The position numbers were made by a program, and so were the translations under genes. A stretch of DNA of 64,000 nucleotides, from contig MU053652.1 of assembly GCA_013239625.1 (NCBI GenBank), positions 4,205,902-4,269,901 of the forward strand, in the 5' to 3' direction. Below the pieces are notes generated by a model. The model had not been told where the DNA came from. It saw only the letters and a program-made list of their open reading frames with translations, and did not search any database. This document shows positions 38,957 through 49,506 of this stretch, in pieces (the first letter of the stretch is position 1; each line of letters opens with the position of its first letter). Source of the stretch: Lama guanicoe. Its lineage: Eukaryota.

Positions 38957-39787
38957 TGTAACTGAGCAGGACCCTATTGTCATCAGTAACCGTCTGATAT
39001 CTGTAGTGGTGTTTGTAACTGCTTAACTGTATAATAGTTTAAAGGGTTTTTCTCATGCTTTTGCTGATCAGAGTTAGGATAGAGAAGAGGAAAGCTTGAG
39101 TGGTCTGCCCAACCCCCTAGTGGTGCTGGGTGCAGGAATCATGCTCAGTGCCCTGCTTTTGCCCCCAGTGCCCTCTTCTTGATCCTGACACCTCAGAGAC
39201 AGCTGTTGGGTGTTTTGTGCATCTTGTTATTCATAACTCACCCCAACTGGGCATGTCTGCTGTTGTTTAGCCCCTTATGGTTTCCTTGTATCCTATTGTT
39301 TGAGCTACAGGCCTCAGCTTGCAGCAGAAGGTCCTAGACCTTAGCCTGCTTAAAAGCCTAAAAGAATTTATCCACCTGACTTTAAACTGCATAAAATTTT
39401 CTCTAGAGCTCTTTTCTACAGGCCATCTTCCTATGCATCCTTTGTTCTAGGTACAAGGATATTATGAGAGTCTCAAAGCCAGAGGTGAACTTCATACCCA
39501 GCAGAGGGAAGGAGACAACTGCGTCTGCAAAAACAAGAACAACTTTGCAACAATTTGTTACCCTGTATAACATCTCGATGGAACCCAACACTGCCCCTTG
39601 AACTCTTGAACTTTTACTTATAAAATCCCTGCCTTCTCTCCCCAGAAGGCTTATAGTCTTAGAGGCTTAGCCCACTGTGACCTCCTTTGCCTGACAAAGA
39701 AATAAAGCTGCCTTTTCTACTTCATCCAAAACTCTGTCTTCGAGTTTTAATTTGGTAAGCATGGTACAGAGGCCATGTTTCAGCAAA
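38957..39787 (+). mobile_element. ERV solo LTR (ERV1-like)
   Basis: Starts tgtaactgagcaggaccct; TATAAAA at ~39620; AATAAA at 39701; ends gtttcagcaaa; 5-bp TSD gtctg (38952-38956 / 39788-39792). Confidence 0.75.
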
Positions 39788-40469
39788 GTCTGTAGGTATT
39801 AATTTGGATGTTTGTGTGAGCCTAGTGTGTGAGTTAAATTCAAAAGAATTGGTTAAAAATTCATTCAATAAATATTTGTTTCTTGGCAAAAGCATGTGAA
39901 GATGAATGAGCCACTATTACTGCCCTTGAGGAGCTCACAATCTAGCTGGGGAATCAGACATGTATGTAAATCTCATGGAAACTTTGGACCATGAACCCTG
40001 TCCCCAGTTAGCTTTAAATGTGCCATCTCATCCATAGAGGTAGCTCCCATTTTGTACCATGTGTTCCTGCCCACCCACCAACTACCCTACCCAGACACTC
40101 CTGACATCTAAGCTGAGTTAACCAATCCCTTCCCTCTCTAAACAGAGAGACAGTCACTCTCTGTTTGTGTGGCTAAACCTCTAACAGATAAATTCAGTAG
40201 CCGAGGACAGCCTTCCTATGGTGTAAGGACCAGAGAGGAAAAAAAGAATTGATCTTCAGCAGGTGAATGAATCAGCCACACTGACAAAAGCAGAGAAGAG
40301 AGATGGTTGGAGAGAGGAGTCTTTCCACTTCCTGGATGAGTCCCTTCCTCAGGGCCTGTTGCTTACTTGCCTTGGAGTCCTAGGAGTTAACTGTTATTTT
40401 TTAAGTTTATTTTCCATTAAGCTAGTTTAATTTTCCCTTTCTTTCAACCAAATAACCCTTATTAATACA

Positions 40470-43420
40470 CCAGAAAACTATAGGATGCAATAAATGGACA
40501 GCTCAGGTCAGAACAGGTGCATCATGACCAAGCATTCAATCTTCACTAAAGTCCAGTAGCAAGTCAGAGCTATTTCTTAAAAGGAGAGTAGTTATCTGTG
40601 GTGGATAGCATAACTTTGCTCCAATATCCTAAGGGTCTATGCTGTGACTCGTCTATTGGAGTCTGCCAAAGTCTTATGAAGCATTTCTATCTGCCACAGA
40701 CCCTTCGAACACCATCATAGTTGATCGGTCTTATGACAAGTGTACTTGCAGAGCAGTTTGCATGGCAGCCCAGATCCACAGCAGAGCCTTCTTTTGTTCT
40801 GAGCCCCACTCAAAACTATCAGCTTTTCAGGTCACTCAATAAATGGGTCAGAGTAGCGCTCTCAAATAGCTATATGTCGCCTCCAAAATCTAAAGACGTC
40901 CACTAGGCATTGTGTCATTCTTAGAGAGAGGATGGACCAGGTGGGACAACCTGTTCATTATCTTGAAAAGCTTATCTCAAGTGCTCTAAACCATTGAACG
41001 CCTAGAAATTTTCCTTTGGAGGGCTCCTGAATTTTTATGGGATTTATTTTCAATCCTTTGGCACATATGTTTATTACGAATGTGTCTACATAGTTGCCAC
41101 ACCCTGCTCATTGTGTTCAAGTAACATAACATCATTAATGTAATGGACCTGCACGATGTTCTGTGGAATGAAGAGGTGGTCAAGGTCCCTGTAGACTAGA
41201 TCATGACATAGTGCTGGACAATTGATACAGCCCTGATGTGGTATAGTGAAGGTGTATACTGAGCCTGTTGTCTGACAGTACACTGCTGCTGATGGCCTTT
41301 ACTAACAGGTATAGAAGAAAAAGCTTTCACTGGGTCACTAGCTGCCTACCAGGTGCCAGGGGATAGGTTGATTTGCTCCAGCAAAGAAACTACTGCTGGA
41401 GCAGCAGCCACAATTGAAGTCACCACATAATTAAGTTTACATAAAACTACTTCTATTCTCCAAGATTTGCTTGCCTTCATAGGCCAAATAAGTGAGTTGA
41501 ATGGGGATGTCTTAGGACACTAATACATACTTAATGACATTGCATTGCTCAAGTCTTTGATAGTGGCACTAATCTCATGGATGTGGTGTTGCTTTTGTTT
41601 ACTATATTGGTAGGTGGAAGCAGTTTTAACGGCTTCCACTTGGCCTTTCCTACCACAATTAGCCCTCACCCCATGAATTAAGAAACCAATGTGGGAATTC
41701 TGCCAGTTGCTGAGCATGCCTGTGCCAGTTTTACATTAGAGAACTGGGAAAATAACTAGAAGGTGGTTGTGGGAACCCACCAGGCCCCCTGTGAGATAAA
41801 CCTGAGACATAACTATGGATTGCCTGAAAACCATAAACCTCTATTCTGACTATTGGACCACAGTGACATTTTGGGTCTTCAGGAATTAGTATCATTCAGA
41901 GCCAGTGCCCAGTTTTCCCTAAGACATTTATTTCCCTTTTCCCCATGCACAGTCATCCAGGAAAACAGTTGCAGTTTCTATTAGAGAAGGCTAGGGAAAA
42001 GATTTATGGTATAAAATTTTGACTGTGTAAAATAACAGGTTCCTTCTTCAAAGGGACGTGGATTCCCCTTCATGCAAGGGGCTCTGAGTCTATGAACTTG
42101 TTCCAGTCTGGGAATTGGTTGAAGGGTTAAGATTCTCTACTGTGGTAATTCATGTCATAATTCTGTTCACCAGACCCAAAGCTTTCCAACTTCACAGAAA
42201 TAAAGTACACTACTAGGCTGCCCATCAATTTCAGTTCTATGAACACTATGATCAACACTATGAACACTATGGCCAATGCCAAGGCTCTCTGTGGGTCAGA
42301 CAATTCTGATTATTATTTTCGTTCTGCTGTCCATTACAGTAATCACATTATCGATGACAATTAAGTGCTACTACTTGGCCCTTGCCACCCTAGGGATCCC
42401 ATCATCCCCACTAAATTCAGGGGACCCAGTTTAGTGATAACAATTCTCACTGTTCTGGCCTACAGAGAAGAGCCACCATAGGGTTCTTTAAGGAAGCTGG
42501 AGCTCTCCTTACACATATATTTCTCATTGTCCTGTGGGGTGAGCACATTTTACATGATAAATCTACTTTAGCATTCCAATTTTTCCTAAGCTTTTGGAAA
42601 CTTTCCCCTACAGCAGTAGTTCTCAAGGGGGTAGACAATTTCCCAAGAGACATTCAGAAATGTCTAGAGACACTTTGGGCTGTCACAACTAGGAAGGTGC
42701 TACTGGTATCTAGTAGATAGGGGCCAGGGATACTGCTAAACAGGGCCAGGACGAGGATGAGATGAATGATACTCCCAGGGCACAGAACTTGTTGCCTCCC
42801 TTACTTCACCCTGGTCTTGGCTGTGCTGTTACACGTCTTGCAATGCACAGGGCAGCCCTCCACAAAACAGAATTATGCAGCCCAAAATACTGAGGCTGCC
42901 AAGGTTGAGAAACCCTGCTCTATAGCATATTAAGGAAAATTCATTCAGTCTAGGCCATCTTTGGATCTAGGTTTCAGTTAAGTAACCAAACTACAAGAGC
43001 CTTTTCCTGCAGCTTGAGCTAACATGTTACATCAGAATCTCTACTTAGTGAGCCCATGTCAATAAGTTTGGCCTGGTCCAGTTTTATATTTCTTTCATCC
43101 TGATTCCATACTTTTGGGATTCATTCTGACACATATCTCCTGGGTTGATATAAATTGGTAAATTCACACAAGAGGCTCTGGGTCTGTGAACTTTCTCCAG
43201 TCTGGGAACTGGTGGATATAAATGCGTAAAATAATGCAATTCTTCAGTATGTATCTCACTTCTTCACACATTATTCTCTGTATCTCATCCTCTGGGGCAT
43301 GCTATAACTTACATCTTACAGGTCTAGGAGCAATGAGAAGTAGTGGGGATGGGTCCTTAGGAAGACCTGAAGTCCCTTGCAAGGGGAAGGCCATTTTGAG
43401 TTCTTCCAGCAAGAGGAATC
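40470..43420 (-). mobile_element. Decayed ERV-L internal region (gag-pro-pol remnants)
   Basis: ORF 41086-41283 [26 protein letters not shown]...VHYINDVML is a degenerate ERV-L reverse transcriptase (LPQGY..SPALCH; YIDD); gag-like text at 42200-43400. Confidence 0.85.
42614..42918. mobile_element. MER20 hAT element with a nested MER96-like MITE (42741-42825)
   Basis: cagtagttctcaa...tgtcacaact...tgctactggtatctagt...aaggttgagaaaccctg; inner cagggccaggacgagg ... ccctggtcttggctgtg inverted ends. Confidence 0.75.
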
Positions 43421-43902
43421 TGTCACTAATTCTAAATGGAATGATACAGAAAAAAATTAATAAAAATATTGAAGTATAATTAAATTCTGCATTTCAAATA
43501 TCAGTTCTTTACAGATATGATTTCATTACATAAAAACAGATGGCATTTGTCTCTTTTTAAAAGAGATGTTAGATATAAATTGGGTTTCATAAACCCCATT
43601 CATTCTATTATGAAATCTACACATTCATGACAGCTATTGCTAGGGTAGAGATTACCACTGGCAGTTTTGACTACTATTGGTCTTAGATTTTATGTCATCT
43701 TGATTAAAGGAGAGTAGTGACTCACCTTTTCAAGGTGATGTATTAGTAATAGGATATTGTTCTCTGTGGAAACTTTTGTGGGCATTCACCGTGGATAAAA
43801 ACTTGTGATAATAAGTTTAAACTACTTAACCCATGAAAAGAACTTACCTCCTTGTATCCAGAATGAAGTTATGCTTATAGGAGTGTTCAAACATAGTATA
43901 GC

Positions 43903-45208
43903 CCAATTACCCAGGACATATTTCACAGAACTAGAACAAATCATAATAAAATTTATATGGAACCATCAAAGACCTAGAATTGCTAAAGCATTACTGAAGA
44001 GAAAGAAAGAGGCTGGAGGAATAACTCTCCCAGACTTCAGACAATACTATAGAGCTACAGTCATCAAGACAGCATGGTATTGGTACCAAAACAGACATAT
44101 GGACCAATGGAANNNNNNNNNNNNNNNNNNNNNNNNNNNNNNNNNNNNNNNNNNNNNNNNNNNNNNNNNACAAAGGAGGATATACAATGGAATAAAGACA
44201 GTCTCTTCAGCAAATGGTGTTGGGAAAAATGGACAGCAGCATGTAAAACAATGAAGCTAGAACACACCCTTACACCATATACAAAAATCAACTCAAAATG
44301 GATTAAAGACTTTTAAGTCTTTAATAAGACTTAATAAGACATAAGACAAGATACAATAAACCTCCTAGAGGAAAACATAGGCAAAACATTATCTGACATA
44401 CATTTCAAAAATTTTCTCCTAGAAGAAATAAAAGCAAGAATAAACAAATGGGACCTAATGAAACTTAACTTANNNNNNNNNNNNNNNNNNNNNNNNNNNN
44501 NNNNNNNNNNNNNNNNNNNNNNNNNNNNNNNNNNNNNNNNNNNNNNNNNNNNNNNNNNNNNNNNNNNNNNNNNNNNNNNNNNNNNNNNNNNNNNNNNNNN
44601 NNNNNNNNNNNNNNNNNNNNNNNNNNNNNNNNNNNNNNNNNNNNNNNNNNNNNNNNNNNNNNNNNNNNNNNNNNNNNNNNNNNNNNNNNNNNNNNNNNNN
44701 NNNNNNNNNNNNNNNNNNNNNNNNNNNNNNNNNNNNNNNNNNNNNNNNNNNNNNNNNNNNNNNNNNNNNNNNNNNNNNNNNNNNNNNNNNNNNNNNNNNN
44801 NNNNNNNNNNNNNNNNNNNNNNNNNNNNNNNNNNNNNNNNNNNNNNNNNNNNNNNNNNNNNNNNNNNNNNNNNNNNNNNNNNNNNNNNNNNNNNNNNNNN
44901 NNNNNNNNNNNNNNNNNNNNNNNNNNNNNNNNNNNNNNNNNNNNNNNNNNNNNNNNNNNNNNNNNNNNNNNNNNNNNNNNNTAGAGGGTGGGAAGGGATA
45001 GACTGGGATTTCAAAATTGTAGAATAGATAAACAAGATTACACTGTATAGCACAGGGAAATATACACAAAATGTTATGATAAATCACAGAGAAAAAAATG
45101 TGACAATGAGTGTGTATATGTCCATGAATGACTGAAAAATTGTGCTGAACACTGGAATTTGACACAACATTGTAAAATGATTATAAATCAATAAAAAAAA
45201 GTTAAAAA
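43903..45208 (+). mobile_element. Young 5'-truncated lineage-specific L1 spanning two assembly gaps
   Basis: ORF2 text [25 protein letters not shown]...[23 protein letters not shown]; perfect 14-bp TSD aaacatagtatagc (43889-43902 / 45209-45222). Confidence 0.92.
44113..44981. other. Two assembly gaps (44113-44169 and 44473-44981)
   Basis: Runs of N. Confidence 1.
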
Positions 45209-45979
45209 AAACATAGTATAGCAAACATGCAATGGGCAGTCATTACACAAAGTAGTGTGCTGAGCACTGGGGTAACATATGAAAAGATACAGCCCTAGGC
45301 AAAATCAAAGATGCATGCAATCTAGCTGTAATCTTAGCTAAATTGTTCAGATTTGAAACAAAATTTGGGCTCTGCTTTTCTAATTATGACAGAAAATAAA
45401 TTTGAAGAGAATCAAGATAATTCTGGAAACAACATACCAGCACCTCTTTCAAAAGAAAAAAATTACTTCAAACTGCTATACAGTTAGGGCACATTCATTC
45501 TGGAAAATATGAACAATAAAAAAGAACTAAATAAAAATCATCTGTAAGCCCACTGTCTTCCAGAGTTTTCTCTGGGCACATGCACGCACATACACAAACA
45601 TATTTTTCACAAAAGTAAGTCTGATATTTAATGTTTTCCAGAGACCTAGACAATATCACGGGGGAATATCTGGAATTTTTAAAGAACAAGAGAAAGAATT
45701 CTGTAACTGCCTTTTGAATTGTCCCTTGATAATCCTGCTAATTTTACTTATAGAGCCATCTTGAGGTTAATTCTTAGTGAGTGCTAAAATTGTAAGTGTC
45801 CACTTTGATGTGGAATTTGAAATGTTTGCCATAGCATTTTGCCTTGTGGTTTGAAAGAGAGGGCAAATCTGAAATCCAAAGGAAAAGGAAAAGGAAAATG
45901 ATCAGAAAACAATCTTGAATTGATGTTAAGACACAGCAAAGGCAAAGAAGCCATTCATAAAAACTTGGTTAAAAATTAA

Positions 45980-46087
45980 AGAGTGGTCAGATTGGCTTTG
46001 TTTGCCTGGACTAGGGGATTCCCAGCATATGGGACTTAGTGCTAAAAATGGACAGCCTAGGGCAAACCAGAATGACTGGCCATCCTA
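45980..46087. mobile_element. MER94/MER81-like hAT MITE
   Basis: Imperfect inverted ends agagtggtca...tttgcctggact / gggcaaaccag...tggccatccta. Confidence 0.6.
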
Positions 46088-46400
46088 GACAGAGCCTGGG
46101 GTGTTATGGAATTCATCAGATTTTAGTCTGCAGAGTTCTGGATTCTGATAACCATTTGTCCCTAAGGATTTGGGATGAAGGGCTGTGGATCTGGATGTAT
46201 ATAGACTAACTCTGGAAGGAGACATGAGCAAAGAGTCAAAATCACTCTCACCCCCGCCCCTCCCCAACATACACAGGGAAGAAAACAGGCTGGAGGGCAG
46301 GGGTAGAAGGGAGGGTTTTCACTGTACATCCTTTTGCATCTTTTGACTGTGAACCATGTGAATGTATTACCTCTGTATAAAATAAATACAGAATATTATT

Positions 46401-46622
46401 GAGAGCTTGTTTGGAGGTTTTAGCAGGGGAACGCAGCTACTCATATACCCTTGACCGAGAAGAACGGTTCTTCTTTATCGGGGATGGTCGTTCTCCTTTG
46501 GGAGGGATGCACTTGGAGCAGTGAGGGAGGAAGGGGACACCTGCCCAGCCAGCCAGATCAGCGGAATCAACACTGGCGATCAATGGGGTGACAGTTGTGG
46601 AAGCCAGATCACCCTCACATCC
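46401..46622 (-). pseudogene. RN7SK: 7SK RNA retropseudogene, 3'-truncated and tailless
   Basis: Reverse complement begins GGATGTGAGGGTGATCTGGCT...TGTCACCCCATTGATCGCCAG and ends AACCTCCAAACAAGCTCTC, matching the 5' ~240 nt of 7SK. Flanked by a 22-bp TSD with one mismatch. Confidence 0.93.
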
Positions 46623-49329
46623 GAAATAAATATAGAATATTATTGGGAAAAAAAGTGGTCAGCATCTGCTACAAAAGCTTTCTGGTAATTTATAAAATCA
46701 GTGGTTACTAGCCTTGCTTGCTTACTTCCACTTTGTGACTGTGTCTGTAGTAGTCTTTCTATATACATCACTCCACCCTCCAGGAACAGCAAGAAATAGT
46801 GTGGGCAGACCAAGCTCTTGGAGACATGCTACTTAAAGAGTTTCCAAAGTGGGCATGTAGGACCAGACAACAGTTCAGCCTGAGGAGGAGACCCTCCCCA
46901 TAAAGGTAATAGGACTTAACCAGTCAGAAGAAAATGACATTTGTAACAGTGCTTACTATGTGCCAATCACAGTTCTAAGTGCAACATGTCTGAAAAGTTA
47001 GGAAACATAGGACAAACTGATTTTTAAATTGTGTGCTATTTAGTTTTTCAAATAATGTGTTCAATTTTTTTTAAATCCCAAGACATCTTTTCAGTAAAAT
47101 ATCTCTAAATTTGAAGCAATGGATATACTTGTGTGATAAAAGTTTATTTCATATATATACTGTATATATAACTTTCCCCATATTTCTATAATTTTTAGAC
47201 ACTCTTTAGCATATTTATTATACTTCTTACAGATTAAAACTGGACTCATTGCTTTGAACTGGGGTTGTCCAAGAATTGAAGAAAAAGACATTAATGATAC
47301 TATTTGAAAAGCTAAAATACTGTTTAAAAACAAGTTTATCTTATGTTTCTTAATTTTTCAGATACCCCTGTACTTTATACTATTAATTCATTTAATCCTT
47401 TCAACGATGGTGGGAGCTACTATCCTTATTTCATAAATGAGGAAATTGAAACAAAGAGAAGTTGCCTAACTTGCCCAAGGTTATAGAGGAAGACACAGCC
47501 CGGAAGCTGTGGGGTCTGGGTTTAAGCCCAGCTAGACAAGCACTATGTCCGTGCTTGTAACCACTGAACCTTGCCGCCTCTTACAGAAGTGTCTGAAGAA
47601 GCAGTGACTTGGAACTGACTGAGACCACGTAGGATCTGGAGTCTGATTCTAAGGAAGGGAAAGGAGGCTGGTAGTAAATATGTAATATTTCCAGGTTATA
47701 CTGAGGTCTTCACACAGCTCACTTATGATTACAGAATACATTACTAATGAAAAATGGTAAATAAATAATATTTTAATATTTGCATAACCCCCTGTTCAGT
47801 CTCCATTTCTAATTACTGCCATTTCCTGCAAGAGTTTTAAACACCACGTCCTGACTCCACCAGGTGTGAAGGAAATGTAATGCCCATTCCTGGGTTCTGC
47901 GAAACAGAAAAACTTCCACATCATGCTTAAACAGTGGTTTGCACATTAACCTCTTTGGACAATAGGTGAGTTTTCTTTGTCCCACAGTGTCTTAAATTTG
48001 AAGGTCTTTAGCTTGGGCTTACCCTTTCCAATTAATCGCAGTCTCCCCTACTCCTAATTATATATTCAGCCAGCTCCAAAATTGTATTACTTCTCTAGCC
48101 CCAGGAGAGCAAGATAGAGACAGAGAGACAGAGAATTTATGCCGTTAGGGTAATACAGTCGATGAGTAGCCAATGAATAATGATTCAAAGAATTAAGGCC
48201 ATGTTATTCAGGGAGATAAAACTAGCTAGGGATAAGGTTTAAAGGACAGAAACATGTTATAGGGGAATCTAAAAAAATAGAACATGGTATAGGAATGTTA
48301 AAAAGATCCAGCGAACATGTGAATTGGCAAAAGGCCCTGGGAAATTCTGGAGTTCTTTCTGAAACAGAAAGACTGTGCTGGTTAGGGAGGTAACTAACTG
48401 GTCAAACCAGTGGTGACCTTGAGGGAAGCATAATAATTCCATGGAGTTGAGACTGGGACTATGGACTACCAACAGGGGGATTGGGAACATTTCCTTCCCA
48501 GAGCAGCCTGACTCCCGCATAGGGGTAGAGCACTGTCCATGTTTGTGCCATTTGAAGGGCTCCATAAAGCATCCCTTCCCCTACCTCTCCCTCTTACCAG
48601 CTTGCCTGAAATTCCCACCACTTTCTAATCCAACCATAATCTAATCTCACTTTAGATTAAAGTGTTGAATTGCTCATTAAATGCAAATATTCCTGGGAGA
48701 GACACCCAACCCAATATCTACACTTCATACTATAGATGTCATACATTTTTGGAAACATTTATTCTGGATACCTTCCACTCAGCCATCCAGAAATCAAAGG
48801 ATGATCGAGCTCAGGCAGAATCTCCGTTTGAAATTTGATCACTCTGATCTGAGGAGAGAAACTGTTCCAAGTATTTATGTGAGTAGAATTAAATCCCTGT
48901 CTGTTATTTTTCCAGGCCCAGAATCTATTCCCCCTGCTGGTACCAGCCTTCTAGATTTCCTCTGGGGAATCGCCCTACCTTCCCTCCCAGGTATGCATAA
49001 GGGGAACATCTACTCTTGGGCTCTGGAGTTGGAGCATATTACTCTGTTTTGGGCAACCTGAACTTGGGGATGGATGTGATTCAAGTTGGTCCAATCAGAA
49101 CGAAATTGATGGGGAGAGGAACATTACTGAAAGAGATTCCCTCTCTCTTTTGCTGAGACCCCTAGCATTACAGGTAAACTGCTGTCACTGAGAGCTACCA
49201 CATGGATTGAAGGTAACACTAGGGGAGGCAGAGCTGAGAGATAGGGCGAAACTAAGTCCTGATGGCATGTGAGCCCCATGATCCAATAGTGCCTGAAAGT
49301 AACCCTATTCTCAGAATTTCTCCTTTCTT

Positions 49330-49506
49330 AAGCCACGTGAGGACACAGCAAGAAGTCAGCCATCTCAGAACCAGGAAGCAGATTCTCACCAGACACCAAA
49401 TCTGCTAGGTGCCTTGATCTTGGTTTCCCCGCGAGAAAGATTTCTGTTGTTTATAAGCTATGCAGTCTGTGGTATTTTGTTATAGCAGCCAGATGGACTA
49501 AAACAA
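49330..49506 (+). mobile_element. MLT1A-like LTR 3' half, adjoining an LTR16-like remnant (~48900-49330)
   Basis: gtgaggacacagcaagaag...gccttgatcttgg...ttttgttatagcagccagatggactaaaaca. Confidence 0.65.

Noticed and set aside
41086..41283. Domesticated reverse-transcriptase gene
   Set aside because: Catalytic YIDD is mutated to YIND and the ORF is fragmented; this is a decayed ERV-L.
44331..45165. Long ORFs of 189-240 aa
   Set aside because: Artefacts of translating through N gaps.
46401..46622. Functional 7SK gene
   Set aside because: 3' third missing, internal deletion, many substitutions and a TSD show it is a retrocopy.
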